DNA from: Prorocentrum cordatum
Taxonomy: Eukaryota
Length of the DNA: 54,872 nt
Reading direction: 5' to 3'
Assembly (NCBI GenBank): GCA_963575745.1
Contig: CAUYUJ010000207.1
Coordinates: 62,001-116,872, forward strand
The translations under genes and the position numbers were made by a program. Below, piece by piece: positions 26,634-40,100 of this stretch; positions within the stretch are counted from its first letter, which is position 1; each line of letters starts with the position of its first letter. The notes under the pieces are model-generated. The model searched no databases. It had not been told where the DNA came from and worked only from the letters and a program-made list of their open reading frames with translations.

Positions 26634-29170
26634 GCCATCTTCATCATCCGCAACACCGCACTCATCATCGCCATCGTCATCATTATCATCACCATCGTCG
26701 CCATCATCACCATCATCACCATCACCAGCATCATCAGGATGCTGATCATCATCAACATCATCACTATCACGATCATCAACATCATCATCATACATCATCA
26801 CCACCATCACCATCACCATCATCATCACCATCACTATCACCACCACCACCATCACCATCACCGTCACCATCACCAGCCTCAGCATCATCATCACCATCAT
26901 CATCATCATCATCATCATCAGCATCATCACCATCATCATTATCATCATCAGCTTCGGCACACCCATCACACGGTTCTTGGCCCCATATGGGGGATCCGCG
27001 ATGGCCCAAATGACAGGGTTCACATGGCGGCCCCACCCCATTTCGGCACACACTCGCACGTTTCGTCGCCCCATAAGGGGGCTCCACCAAAGGCACCAGT
27101 GGCAGGGTTCGCGTGACGACCCCGTCCCATTTCGGTGCTTCCCTACACGTTTCGTCGCCCCATGGAGTTCAACCGAAGGCCCCCATGGCTGGGTTCGCAT
27201 GGCGGTCCTTCCCCACTTGGGCACACCGCTCGCGCTTTTCGTGGCCCCACGGGGAGCTCCACCGCAGGCGCAGTGGCAGGGTTCGCTGGGCGGTCCCGCG
27301 CCCTATCTCGGCGCACCCCTCGCACGTTTCGTGACCCCAGGGGGAGCTCCGCCAAGCGCTCCAGTGGCAGGGTCCGCATGACGCCCCCGCCCAATTTCGG
27401 CACACCCCTCCCACGGCAGCTCCGCCAACCGCTCCCAGTGGCAGGGTCCGGATGGCGTCCCCGCCCCAGGTCGGCACGCCCCTCACGCGTTTCGTGGTCC
27501 CACAGGGAGCTCCACCGAGTGCTCGTGTGGCAGGGCTCGCATGGAGACCCCGCCCAATTTCGGCGCACCCCTCAGACGTTTCGTGCGTGGACCCTGATGG
27601 AGTTCCACCGGAGGCTCCAATGGCAGGGTTCGCATGGCGGCCCCGCCTTCATTTCGGCACACCCATCACACGTTTCGTGGCCTCATAGGGGGCCTGGCAG
27701 AAGGCCCCAGTGGCAGGGTTCGCATGGCGGCCCCTCCTGAAGTGGGCACACCACTCACTCGGTTCGTGGCCCCACGGGGAGCTCCACCGCAGGCGCAGTG
27801 GCAGGGTTCGCTGGGCGGTCCCGCGCCCTATCTCGGCGCACCCCTCGCACGTTTCGTGACCCCAGGGGGAGCTCCGCCAAGCGCTCCAGTGGCAGGGTCC
27901 GCATGACGCCCCCGCCTAATTTCGGCACACCCCTTCACGTTTCGTGGCCCAATAGGGAGCTCCATGGCTGGTCACCTCGCCAGGATAATTGCTCTTTGTT
28001 TGGTTATGAAGGGTGAGAGCGTACATTCCTTTGTTCGGGTTCCCGTTTTGAAAAGACAACGCCCTGCGTCGCCCCTTCCTCCTCCCCCCTCCTCCCCCCC
28101 CTCTCCCGCGTCTTCGCTTTGGCACATACCTCACGCGTTTCGTGTCCCCACAAGGGGGCCCCCCTCAAGTCTTTTGTGGCAGGGTTCGCACTTTTCCCCC
28201 GCCCATGTTGATATACCCCTCACACGCGTGGTGGCCCCGCAGGGGGCTCCACCGAAGGCTCGGGCGGCAGGGTTTGCATGCGTCACCCCGCCCATGTGGG
28301 TATACCCCTCACACATTTCGTGGCCCCACAGGGAGCTTCACCGAATGTTCGTGTGGCAGGGTTCGCACTTGTCCCCCGCCACATTGAACACACACCTCAC
28401 ACGTTTTGTGGCCCCACAGGGAACTCCACCGAACTATCTTGTGGCAGGATTCGCCTGCGTCCTCCGCCCATTTCGGCGCACGTGTTGCACGTTTCGTGGC
28501 CGCACATAGAGCTCTGCCTCCTTTGTCACACCTGCCTTGTTGCATTCTCGCATGCATATGGTTGTGTCCTTCGCTCGTTTTTCACAACCCTCTTGTGATT
28601 TTGGTCCTGCTTTGGAATTCGCAGCGCCGCGCGTTTCTTCCTTCCTCCTTCCCCCTCCTCTCCTCTTCCTCCTCATCCTTGTCATCAGGATCATCCTCTT
28701 CGTCGTCATCATCGTCGTCGTCGTCAGCTTCGCCTTTATACTTGTTGCCGCCATTATCATTCGCATACTCGTTTCGTCACACTTCTCACACGTTTCGTGG
28801 TTCCATGAGGAAATCCACCGACGGCCCCTGTGGCAGGGTCCGCATGTTTACTCGGGTCCGTGGCCCCATAGGGAACTCCACCGCAGCCCTCTGTGGCAGG
28901 GTCCGAGTGGTTACTCGGTTCCATTCTGGCGCACCCTTCACACGTTTCGTGGCCCTGTGGGGAGCTTCACCGAAGGCCCCAATGGCAGGGTTCGCAGGAC
29001 TACCCAGGCCCATTCTGGTACACCCATCACACGTGTTGTGACGCCACAGAGCTCCGCCGAGGGCTTCTGTGGCAGGGTCCGCATGGCTACCCGGGTCCCT
29101 TCTGGCACACCCCTCACGCTTCGTGGCCTCGTGGGGAGCTCCACCGAAGGCTCGTGTTGCAGGGCCCGCA
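23955..29170 (+). repeat. family D: ~75-80 bp tandem repeat (CACGTTTCGTGGCCCCACAGGGAGCTCCACCGAAGGCCCCAGTGGCAGGG...) with head modules and embedded microsatellites
   Basis: Dozens of units at 24090-25440 and 26950-29170. The head motif GGTGTTGGGTCCTCGTTTTGA..AGACA appears at ~23970, 24813, 26125 and 28035. A TA/TGTA tract lies at 25555-26050 and (CAT)n at 26230-26950. Confidence 0.9.
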
Positions 29171-30034
29171 CGGTGGCTCCCTCGCCCGCTCGGCGGCGGG
29201 GGGCCTGCTGGCCAGTCTCACCAGGGAGGCGCCGGAGTTTGCCGCCTCGTTGCTATGTGTGGAGTGTCTCTCAGATCCCTGCTGGGGCGTTCGGAGACTA
29301 GACGGGAGATAGTATCTAACCTGTGCTACGCAAAAGATGATGCCAGAGAAAAGCGCCAGTCATAATCCTTTTAGGGCTGTAGGGCTATGAGGCTATTGGG
29401 CTATAGCGCTATGGGGCTATAGGGCACCCGGGCACCCGGGCACCGGGGCACCGGGGGGGCCTGCCGCCGAAATCGGCGCCAACCCCTCACCTAACCATAT
29501 GAGTCCGCTAGGACCCCTACAGAGGCAAGCTCTGATTGGGGAACAAGAGGAGGCGCAGCCCGTTTTCTTGCGTCGCTTGGAGGCGGGCGAGCTTAACATC
29601 GCCCGTCGCGTCGTTCGTCTGGCGCTTCGCCGAACAGTCGGACCAACAGTCGTTCGCGCCCGACATCAGTCGGATGCTGCGCCGCTTGCTCTGGGGGAGA
29701 AGATACAGGAGGAGGAGGACTCAGAAGGCTGCCTCCTCCAGGAATGGCCGCGAGCTCACTTGCTGTCAGGAAACGCAGGAATTTGGTTCCTGTATGTCAT
29801 TGTTTCTCGGGCTAGGGCCTGCCCCTTGCCTTCATTGCTTTCTATTGATATTCGGCCAATTTTTCTTGGCATCTACTCCAGCAGCCTCTTACATCTCTCT
29901 TTCTTTCTCTCTCTCTCTCTCTTTTTCTCTCCCTCTCTTCCTCTGTACACACGATTTCCCCTCCCCTCCCCCCTCTCTCTAACTATTCCTCTCTCTACCC
30001 CCTCTCTCCATCCCTTACCCTACAGTGTATTCAG

Positions 30035-30083
30035 GCTCCACGCGTATGACCAGCACTTGAACATGGTCCTCAGCGAAGTTGAG
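30035..30083 (+). CDS. LSM3: LSm3 (U6 snRNA-associated Sm-like protein) internal exon, Sm1 motif
   Basis: Encodes (R)LHAYDQHLNMVLSEVE, nearly identical to the LSm3 Sm1 segment recalled from human (RLHAYDQHLNMILGDVE). It follows a long pyrimidine tract and a tcAG|G acceptor (AG 30033-30034) and ends GAG|GC (GC donor 30084-30085). Length 49 nt, ending in phase 0. Confidence 0.88.
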
Positions 30084-30368
30084 GCTTCTCTGCCTGCGCC
30101 TCTACCTCCACCCTTATATTCTTCCTTTTCTTCTCCAACCACATCCTCTGCCTCCTTTCCATTCTGCCTCATTCCCTCATCCTTTCCCGCCCGCTTGGCC
30201 CCCGGTATCGTACTGCATCGACTCGCATCGTCTTGCATGTTAATGTTCCTTATTTCTGGTATGGCATTTGTTGTAATGGTCCACTGCCGTTTTACTTCAC
30301 CTTCCCCAAACAGTGCTTGCACTTAGGAGTTCTCGCTTCTGTTCTGGAGAACTGGGCTGGTATGGAAG

Positions 30369-30648
30369 TCTGGCGGCTATATTGTCGCCGTCACCGTCCC
30401 GTCGCCGCCTCGTCGCCGCCCGTCTTCTGGGCCTGTGTGGCGGTCTGGCAGCTATGTTGTCGCCGCCGCCGCCCCGTCGCCGCTTCGTCGCCGCCAATCG
30501 TCTGGGCCTGAGTGGTGGTCTGGCGGCTATGTTGTCGCCGTCGCCGCCCCGTCGTCGCATCGTCGCCGCCCGTCGCCTGGGCCAGTGTGGCTGGCTTTCT
30601 GCCTGCTATAGTGTCGCCGTCGCCGCCCCGTCGCCGCCCCGTCACCGC
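30369..30648 (+). repeat. 75 bp tandem repeat, ~4 copies
   Basis: TCTGGCGGCTATGTTGTCGCCG recurs at 30369, 30444, 30519 and ~30598. Confidence 0.9.
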
Positions 30649-30834
30649 CATATAGGTTGCTCTACATCTTGCACAGCACATATTGCACCACATAGTTTCT
30701 CTTTTCTACAAAGAACGCATATTCTACCACCCTCCCGAGGCCCGTGTTATCGGCCCCCCCCTGGGGATGTACAATTTACATTAGATTCCGCCCCATCGTT
30801 CATTTCAAATGTCGAAGACGCCTACGGCGAGTCA

Positions 30835-32760
30835 CCGCCGCCCCCTGCCCTTTCGGAAGCGCCTATGCGGCCGAACGTTGATGCCAGAGCCCTGCCAAGC
30901 TATCGGACCATGTGTTCCCCGAGTCGGTTTGGAAAGCCTTCGGGGAACACGTGGGGGAGGACGGGGGCGAGGAGGAGAGTGAGTAATTGGCGTGTTCGGG
31001 GCCCCTTGGGGGCTCTTGTGAGCTTTTGGAGGCGTCTTGGGGCCTGTTGGCTGAAGGTTGGGTCAGATCCTTGCCAATCTTTCGGAACGAGTGTTCCCCG
31101 AATCTGTTTGGAAAGCTTTCGGGGAACACGTGGAGGAGGTTGGGGAAGCGGAGGAGAGTGAGGAAAAAGGGGGAGGGAGGACGAGTCCTCTTGGGAGCCT
31201 CTTGAGGCAATCTGGGGCTCAATCGGGCCATCTTGGCCGTCTTGGAGGCCTCATCTTGGCCGTCTGGAGGCCATTTTGACCTTTTCGGGCTTTGCTGGAT
31301 GGCTCTTGGGCCGTCTTGGAGGCCTCTTGCGGACCTTTTGGGCAGTCTAAGGCAGTCTTGAGGCCATTTGGGGCCGTCTTGTGTGCATCTTGGGGCCATC
31401 TCCGCTGTCTTGGAGGCCTTCTTGGCTATCTTGAAGGCATCTGGGAGGCCATCTTGGCCGTCTTGGAGGCCATCTTCGGCGTCTTCGGGGCCATCTTGGG
31501 CCGTCTTGGGGCCTCTTGGGGCCGTCTTGGGGGCCTCTTGGGCCGTCATGGGGCCATCTTGGGGGCCTCGTGGGCGATCTTGGGGGCCTCTTGGGCCGTC
31601 TTCAGCCGCCGGAATGCCGAGAGGAAACAAATGCCAAAATCCTTCAAACACCTTACGACAATCAATAAATTTGGCCTCTTCGGGTCCTCCTGGAGGACCT
31701 CTTGGAGGCCTCTTGGGTCGTGTTGGGCCGTCTTGGAGGCTTCTCGGGCGACCTTGGAGGTATCTTGGACTCTCTTGGGCCGTATTGGAGGCCGTCTTGG
31801 ACCATCTTGGGCCTTGCGCGGACTTGGAGGCCATCTTGGACCATCTTGGAGGCCATCTTGGGCCAACGTGGCTATCTTGGAGGCCATCTTGAGCCGTCTT
31901 GGAGGATTTTTTGGGGGATTGAGGTCCTGGGCAATCTTTTCGGGTGGCCGGCGGGACGGGCCGAAGCCCCAGGGGGAGTTCTTTTGGAAAAGTACCAAAA
32001 CCCAAACCGAAAGGGTTCAGCACGCCAGGCACCCTTGTCATGAATCAACAGGGGGCGGCTGATTTAATGGCCTTCGGTCCATCCCGCCACCGTGCCTCGG
32101 TTGTGGGTCAGAGTTTTCAGGGATGCTTCTTGGGGCCTCTTCGGAGCGCTCTCGGGGGCCTCTTGGGAGCAGTTTTCGGCTCTCGGGAGCCTCTTGGGAG
32201 CCTCTTGGTGGCCTCTTGGTGGCCTCTTGGGGCCTCTTGGGGGCCTCGTGGGGGCCTCTTGGAGGGCCTCTTGGGGCTTCCTGGGGGCGGTCCCTCAGGT
32301 CCAAAGGTTCGAAATGTCCGTTCTGGTCCCCCATCTGGGTCCTCTCTTGGAGCCGTCTTTGGGGCCTCTTGGGCCGTCTTGGGGCCCTCTTGGGCCATTT
32401 TGGGACCCTCTTGGAGGCCTCTTGGGCCGTTTGGGGGATCATGGGGGCCTCTAGGCCGTCTTGGAGCGTCGGGAAACCGAAAAAGCGAGAAAGCTAACAA
32501 CTTCAAACAATGGCCTCTTGGGGGCCTTTTGGGGAGCCTCTTGAAGGCCTCTTGGGGCTTCTCGGAGGCCTGGGCCTTCTGGGGGCCACCTTGAGCGTCT
32601 CGGAGCGATCGCTCGGCGACTCGGGGCCCTCTAGGACTGTCTTCGGGGCCTCTTGGGGCCCTCTTGGCGACCGAAAAATTCACGCGAGAAAGCGCGAAAG
32701 GGGCCACGGGGAACTGCGGGACGCCCCGGGAGATTTGGCAGTTTCGGCTCTAGGCCCCGT
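30835..32760 (+). repeat. family G (GGCCTCTTGG/GGCCGTCTTGG-rich) element plus distal extension
   Basis: Bounded by CCGCCGCCCCCTG (30835-30847) and CAGGGGGCGGCTG (32049-32061). The body consists of 10-11 bp GGCC(T/G)TCTTGG units, and similar sequence continues to ~32760. Confidence 0.88.
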
Positions 32761-32819
32761 AACAACTCCTCAGAGCTGAGGACTGAGGCTTAGAGGGTTA
32801 GCCGAATAGCCTGAGGACA

Positions 32820-34489
32820 CGCCCATTCCGCGCCCAGAATGAATTCATACCATCCCAGCCAGGCGGGTATTGACCCCCCCTTCACCCCTGGCAAAAGTAC
32901 TACGCGCGCGCACTGGTTTATAATTCACTGTACGTTTTAATAATCCCTTGCAGACAGTGGGACGACGTGAACGCGCGCGTCGTCGCGCGCGCATGCTAGA
33001 ACCTTTCAAACACCTCAGACGTCGTACGGATTTTCAAAATCGAGCGTCCCGAAAACATATAACACAACACGCTGGTTTCGCAATCTGTTTTTTCAAACAA
33101 GTCTGCGCGCGCTCTTGCGAATTCTTATGGATCCCATGTGTGTTTCAACATTTCCATCACGTGCGACCAGGAGGGCCTCTCGCGCGCGCATGTCGAAGTC
33201 ACTCGAACGCCCTTGCTCGCTTGCTGGAGGGGCACTCGCGTTGGTCGGCCGCGCGTGCAGGTTGAAGTCTATCCACAACCTTCATCGCCGACACGTGGAC
33301 ACCATCATCGTCGGCGTGATCATGGTCGGCGCCGTCGTTGGTCTTGCCTTCGTCGTCGTCATCATCGTCACCAGCACCGCTAATATCAGCATCGTGCCCG
33401 CCCGAGCCACCGACTCGCACTGAAGTGCCCGCGCCTCAGCGCGGCCTGCGAAACGCGCTGGGCACCCCCCAGCGGTCAGCGCCTCCGCGGCCGCGTCGGT
33501 CGCGCCTGACTAGCTGGCCGCTTTGCGCGCGAGCCTGCGCGCGCTATCGCAGCCGCATCGATCCGCCAACCAGTGCCAATGAGCCATCGAAATCGCCGCC
33601 GCATGGGTTTTGGCAACCAAGTTGCAGGTGGGAGTTGGCAATTTGAAGTTTTCCAATATTGGTTGCACAGCAAACATGGTTCATACCACCACGGAAATTG
33701 CACATTATGCAGTGTACCACATATGTTGTACAACATTGATTGCAGCACTTAGGGCGCACAACATACATTGCACTCGCGCAGACTGCATAACATAAATTGC
33801 ACAACGTGGGCTGCACAACATAGGCTGTGCCATACACATTCCGCATCGCATACTGTACAACATATATTGCATCACGTAGAATGCGCAACAACACATGTTC
33901 CATGTACATTCTCCTTTCTAAAAACAGAATAGACTCACCCCCCCCGGCGTTATCACTCCCCCCGCGTCTTATGTAAATCACATATGATTCTGACCACATG
34001 TCCATCCTAAATATGAAATCACAATGTCCCAGACCAACCGGTATCCCCCCCCCTGAGGTTCCCTTGTGAAAAACGCTACGCGGGGACATCTTGTGTTCTA
34101 GCATAACACTTTTTCGCGAATCCCTCGCAAAAAATGGGACGAAGTGCACGCGCGCTTCGTCGCGCGCGAATGCCGAAATCCTTCAAGAACCTTCGGTACC
34201 GGAAGGATTTCGCAATCGAGTTTTGCCCAAAAACATGCAAAACACAAGGTTTCGCAACACTGATTTGCTAAAAAAGCTTACGCGCGAGCTCTTGCGACAT
34301 CCTACGAAAACCATAGGTTTTTCAAGATTTTTACAGAATGCTACCAAACGGGCTTCGCGCGCGCGCATGTCGAAATCCTTCAAAACCCATCGGTTTCGGA
34401 AGGATTTCAAAATCGTGTGTCCAAAAAACCCACAAAAACACAAGCTTTCGCAACACGGATTTTCAACAAAAGCGGGCGCGCGCGCTCTT

Positions 34490-34527
<38 letters not shown>

Positions 34528-36760
34528 CTCCCTCCTCCCCGCGTCGTCGTCGTCGTCGCCTACGTCGTCCTCTGTCTTTCCTCGTGTTCGTCGTCGTCGT
34601 CCTCTTTGGCGTCGTGGTCGTTTCCGTCGTCGTTGTCGCCGTGGTCGTCCTTGCTCCTCCTCCCTCGTCGTCGTCGTCGTCCGTCGTCGGCGTCTCGTCG
34701 TCGTCCCTCCTATTTCGTCGCTGTCGTCGTCGTCGTCGTTGTCGTCGTCGTCGTCGTCGTCTTCCCTCCTCCCTCGTCGTAGTCGTCGTCGGCGTCGCCG
34801 TCCTTCCTCCTCCTTTGTCGTTCGCGTCGTCGCCGTCTCCCTTCTCCCTCGTCGTTGTCGTCGTTGTCGTCGTTGTCGCCGTCGTCGTCCTCCCTCCTCC
34901 CTCGTCGTCGTCTGCGTTGGTGACGTCGTCGTCGTCGTCGTCTTCGTCGTCGTCGTCGGCGTCGGCGTCGTCGTCGTCTTCGTCGTCGTCGACGTCGGCG
35001 TCGTCGTCGTCGCCGCCGTCGTCGTCGTCGTCGTCCTCGTCGTCGTCGTCGTCGTTGGCGTCATTTACGTCGTCTTCGTCGTCGTCGTCGGTGTCGTCGT
35101 TGTCGTCGTCGTCGGCGTCGTCATCGTCGTCGTCGTTATCATCGTCGTCGTCGTCGTCGTCGTCGTCGGCGGCGTCGTCGTCGTCGTCGTCGTCGGTGTC
35201 GTCGTCGTCGTCGTCGTCGTTGTCGGCGTCGTCGAAGTCGTTGGAGACGTTGTCGGTGTCGTCGTAGTCGTTGTCGGCGGCGTCGTCGTCGTCGTTGTTG
35301 CTGTCGTCGTCGGCGTCGCTGTCGTTGCCAAGTGCCATTTGGTACCCACCGTCACGGTCTTAAGAGATTTTGCAAACCAAGTTACGGGTGGGTGGGTGGG
35401 ATGATTGCGCGAGCAGAGGAGTTGACAACTTCAAATTCGGCAGGTGAATTGCACCACATAGGTTGCACCACTCATTTTGCACAATGTTTATTATTTCGCG
35501 TCGTGTGCACGAGATATTTTGCACCACGCAGATAGCACAACGTATATCGCACCACATGGATTGCACATCGTAGATTGCACAGCGGAGATTGCATTCGAAG
35601 TATTGCACACCTTGGTTGTTCCACATGGATCGCGCGACGTATACTGTACCACGCAGGTTGCACAACATATTTTGCACCACGTATGTCACAACATAGAGTG
35701 CGCAACACATTTGACGCATTATAATTCTCCTCTGTCAAAAGAGAATAGACTCTATCCCCCCTCTCCCGGGAGTACCGGGCATTGCAATTTGCAGATGATT
35801 TTGCGCCATCGTCCACCCTGAATCTGAATTCGTACCATCCCAGTCAGGCCGGTATCGACCCCCCCCCGCCACCCCCTGCGACACATATTATGCGCGCGCA
35901 CTCGTTCATCACAAATCATGAGTTTTCAAACATCCCTTGCAACAAATGGGACGAAATGCGCACGCGCGCATCATCGTGCGCGCATGCTGAAATCCTTCAA
36001 CAACTTTCCGCTTCGCAAGGATTTCAAAATCGACTGTCCAAAACACATATAAAGAACATGGTTTCGCAACACAGATTTTCATACAAAAAACTTGCGCGCG
36101 CGCTCTTGCGAATTCTCCAACAATTTCACCAAATTCTACGCAACAGGTTTCGCGCGCGCGCGCATGTCGAATTCGTTCGAACGCCCTTGCGCGCGTGCTG
36201 GGGTGGCACGATCCGCGTCAAACAATTCCACGCGGGTCATTCTCACGCGCATATCTAACTCCTTCCACAACCTTCATCACCGACGCGCGAAGACGGCGTT
36301 ATCAGCATCGGCGCCGTGAGTGGCTGCCCCGTCGTCGCTGTCAGCTTCGCCACCAGCAGCGCTACTATCATCATCGTGTCTACTGTTGTCGACGTTGCCA
36401 TGATACCGCGCCCGCCCGAGTCGCCGACTCGCCCTGAAGTGGCCGCTGGGATGTGCCGAGCGGTCAGCGCCACAGCGTTCGCGTCGGCCGCGCTGAACTA
36501 GGTGGCCGTTGCGCGCGCGAGCATGCGCGGGTCACTGCGACCGCAGAGATGCACCAGCCAACACCAAGCACTCATCGCAATCGCTTCCGCATGGGTTTTG
36601 CAAACCAAGTTGCGAGTGGGGGGGGGTGGGATAATTGCGCGATCAGTGGCATCGTCAAATTCAAGGTCGGCAAAGTGAATTGCACCACGTAGATTGCACC
36701 ACGCAGGTTATTCCACATAAGTAGTACTACGTCGCACATTTAACCTACAAGAAAAAAACA
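32820..36760 (+). repeat. three tandem ~1-1.8 kb GCGCGC-rich units; the middle one carries an ~830 bp (GTC)n expansion
   Basis: GAATTC.TACCATCCCAG occurs at 32841 and 35827. TTTTG(C/G)..ACCAAGTT occurs at ~33607, 35368 and 36596, each followed by TGCACCACATA-type repeats. (GTC)n spans 34490-35325. Confidence 0.85.
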
Positions 36761-36779
36761 TGTGTAATTTGTCAGGCGT

Positions 36780-37130
36780 TTAATGTACATGTATGTACGT
36801 ATGCATGTCTGTATGTACGTACGTATGGATGTATGGATGTATGTATGTTGTATTATTTTGGAATCTACACTACATGCGGTTCTATGGTTTTGTGTTGCAA
36901 TTTGCAAATCACCGCACTTCTTGTGTGTCATATTGTATTTCGTTGTGTAATGTAAAAGTACAGTGCGTGGTGCTATAGGTTTTGTGGTGTACAACACCAG
37001 GTTCTCTGACATTACAATCGTACATACAAGATGCATTACGGTACAACGTATATTTTGACCGTATTGTGCTATACCATCGGTTTTTCCATATCATACGAAT
37101 ACATATTTACATCTACGTACATACATTTTA

Positions 37131-37176
<46 letters not shown>

Positions 37177-38330
37177 GCGATATATATATATATATATGTA
37201 TACATACATGAATACATACATATACATATATACGTATTCATATCTGTATATTTATATTTGTATATATATAAATATCAAGCGTATGTATATACATGGAACT
37301 GAACATTACACTATGCCACATTTTTGTATACAAATATTATGTTGTATTGTATAGTACATAGGTTTGCATTCCCGCGTGTTTTCGTGTATTGCATTTTATC
37401 ACAGCACGGTCTACCATACCATATTCCGTTACAGTATGCCACCCTCTCCGAGTTTGCACGTTTTATGCGCATATATCACCAGGGCAGGGTCTATTGTAAT
37501 AATGTACATCATGTCGTAATGACGACATATCATCATATTACGTTATTGGATGTCGTGGTCTATTGTATATTCCAGGTCCCATATTCTTCTAATTTTGAAA
37601 TTCAGCTATACGAACACGTATCAACTTGTATGGTCAATTGTTTTCGTGCTGTATTCGTGTATGTGATGTGGTTGTATGTTCTGTATCTTTTTGTTTATAG
37701 TATTTGTATGGTTTGTAGTGTCTAGAATCATGACATATAGTAGTATGTATTTGCTTGGGTATTTCAAGATTCATCACATTATATGCCATATATTACATTC
37801 TCTCCTGATCGGCTGTATCTTAGGATATCATTGTATTTTCAAACAAATCATAGTGTATATCATTCTTTGATTTGGTAGTATAGTTATACCGTATCATCTC
37901 ATCGTATTTCTATATTGCAAATTGTGTTATGACACGGTATGCAGTGCTCTATTCTGAGTACATTATATTTTATACATCGTATAAAACTAAACTATTCTCT
38001 ATTTTCCATATCGTGTATAAGTTTGTTCTTCCTCCTGAATTACAACACCATATTTTGAGGTATTTGGTATCGTGTATCGTATTGCACTTTATTGCCTTTC
38101 ATAATCGTATGATACGACTTGTATATACATGTGTATATTGTATTACACTGTAATGCCGTATATCATTTCGAATTTTTTATTTTTCATACCATATGTTATT
38201 ACATCATATTATAGGTTCTAGTTATATTGTAGTATGTTGTTTGCAGCTATGCTATATGATCTTTTATCGTAGTAGTACTAGACCATTGTATATCATATAT
38301 GATATGTATACAAACATGTCGATATACAAT
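36780..38330. repeat. AT-rich degenerate (TA)/(TGTA) low-complexity tract
   Basis: Pure (TA)n core at ~37135-37197 with degenerate flanks. Similar tracts occur at 40435-41390 and 42390-42620. Confidence 0.85.
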
Positions 38331-38589
38331 CTGTTAGAAGTTTGGTCCCAGGCACACTCGGGCCCACTATCATTTCCTCCGTGGCCTCCGAACCTTCTTG
38401 GAGTTTCCCAGGTCCCCCGGAGATTCCGGGGAAATTCCAAACAGGCCAACGTGGTTTCCGATCGGCCCTGGATGAAGCCCAAACGGCCTTCGAAGCCTCC
38501 AGGGCGCCCCAGAAGCTGCTCCAGGTGGACCCCCGAGAGGGGCAGCAAGTATCGTGTCAGTCTTTTCGGAAAACGCAGATTTATTATAC

Positions 38590-40100
38590 ATTCGCTGTTC
38601 ACGACTGCCCCAGAGGCCCCCAGGAGAGACTCAAAACGGCATAAGAGGTGCCCCAGAGGGCTCCGAGACGGCCCAAGAAAGCCCCAAGACTGCCCAACAG
38701 GCACCCAGGACCGCCCAAGACGGCCCCCAGAGGGCTCCAAGAGATGCCCCTGGGGGGGGAATTCGAACTCGCATGTCGAGGCCTCCGCCCCAAGAGGACC
38801 TCGAGGATCCCCAGCAGGCCCCCAAGGCCCCTCCCGAGAGGATCCAAGAGGGCCCCAAGAAGCCCCAAGACCGCTCCAAGAGGACCGTCAAGAGGGCCCA
38901 AATACTTTCCTTTGTTTAGCACCACGCGCATTTCTACCACATTCGCTGTTTTTATGTGCGCAGCGTCCACGACAGCCCCAGAAGTCGGCAGGAGAGCCGC
39001 AAAACGAATAAAGAGGTCCCCCAGAGAGTCCCAAGACAGCCCCAAAACGGCCTAAAAGGCATCCAGGACTGCCCCAAAAGGCCCCAAGAGAACCCTAACA
39101 GGGGCCCCCGGAAGGGGGGCACTCGAACCCTCATTTCGAGGCCGCCGCCTCAGGATGACCCCAGGATCCCCAGGAGGCCCCCAAGGACCCCCCGAGAGGA
39201 TCCAAGAGAGCCCCAAGACAGCCCAAGACTGCACCATTCTCCAGAAGGCCCAAAAAGCAAACATCGCCCCATTTCTGGAGGAACACGCACATCTCTAGCA
39301 TGTTCGCTGTTTTGATGTGCGCAGCGTCCTCGACGGCCCCAGAGGCCCGCAAGAGAGCCGTAAAACGGCTCAACAGGTCCCCCAGAGTGCCCCAAAACAG
39401 TTCCGAGACGGCCCAAGAGGCACCCAGGACTGCCCAAAAGAGGCCCCAACAGATCCCTCACAGGGGCCCGGTGGGGGGGGGAGCTCGAACCCAAATCTCG
39501 AGGCCTCCGCCCCGTGAGGACCCCGAAGATCACCAGCAGGCCCCCATTGACCCCCTCGAGAGGATCCAAGAGGCCCCAAGACGTCCTAAGAAGGCTCTAT
39601 TCTCCAGAGGGCCCAACAAGGAAGCATCGCCCCCTTTCTGGAGGAACACGCACATTTCTAGCACGTTCGCTGTTTTCATGGGCGCAGCGTCCAAGACCGC
39701 CTCAGAGGCCCGCAGGAGAGCCGCAAAACGGCCCAAGGGGTATCTTCCAGAGCACCCCAAGACGGCCCAAGAGAGCCCCAAGACGACCCAAGAGGGACTC
39801 AGGACCGCCCGAGACGGCCCCCAGAGGGCCCCAAGAGGGGCCCGGGGGGGAATACGAATCCACATGTCGAGGCCTTCGTCAAAGAGGACCCCGAAGACCG
39901 CCAGCATGCCTCCGAGGACCCCACCCAGAGGACCCAAGAGGGCCAAAAGAAGCTCTGAAGGGGCCCCCAAAGGCGCCCCAAGAGGCTTCACAACTGTTTC
40001 AAAGAGGCTGCCTAGAGTTTTCCCCAGAGACGCGAACTGGCATTCAAGAGGTCTCACACCAACAACCCAGGCACGGTGGCAGGATGTGCAGAAGGCCACC
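38590..40100 (-). repeat. family G in inverted orientation, ~360 bp sub-period
   Basis: CCAAGAGGCC units. CACGC..ATTTCTA..A..TTCGCTGTTTT recurs at ~38922, 39284 and 39646. Confidence 0.85.

Noticed and set aside
23968..29312. CRISPR-like regular repeats and a 459 aa ORF
   Set aside because: The intervening segments are homologous to one another rather than unique spacers, there are no cas genes, and the context is eukaryotic.
29739..29765. RNGRELT as the missing LSm3 R.DRELRG exon
   Set aside because: I found no donor that gives a correct in-phase join to the 30035 exon without extra residues; probably chance.
29499..30326. 275 aa ORF as a complete gene
   Set aside because: Only the 17 aa LSm3 segment is meaningful; the rest is read-through of intron and pyrimidine tract.
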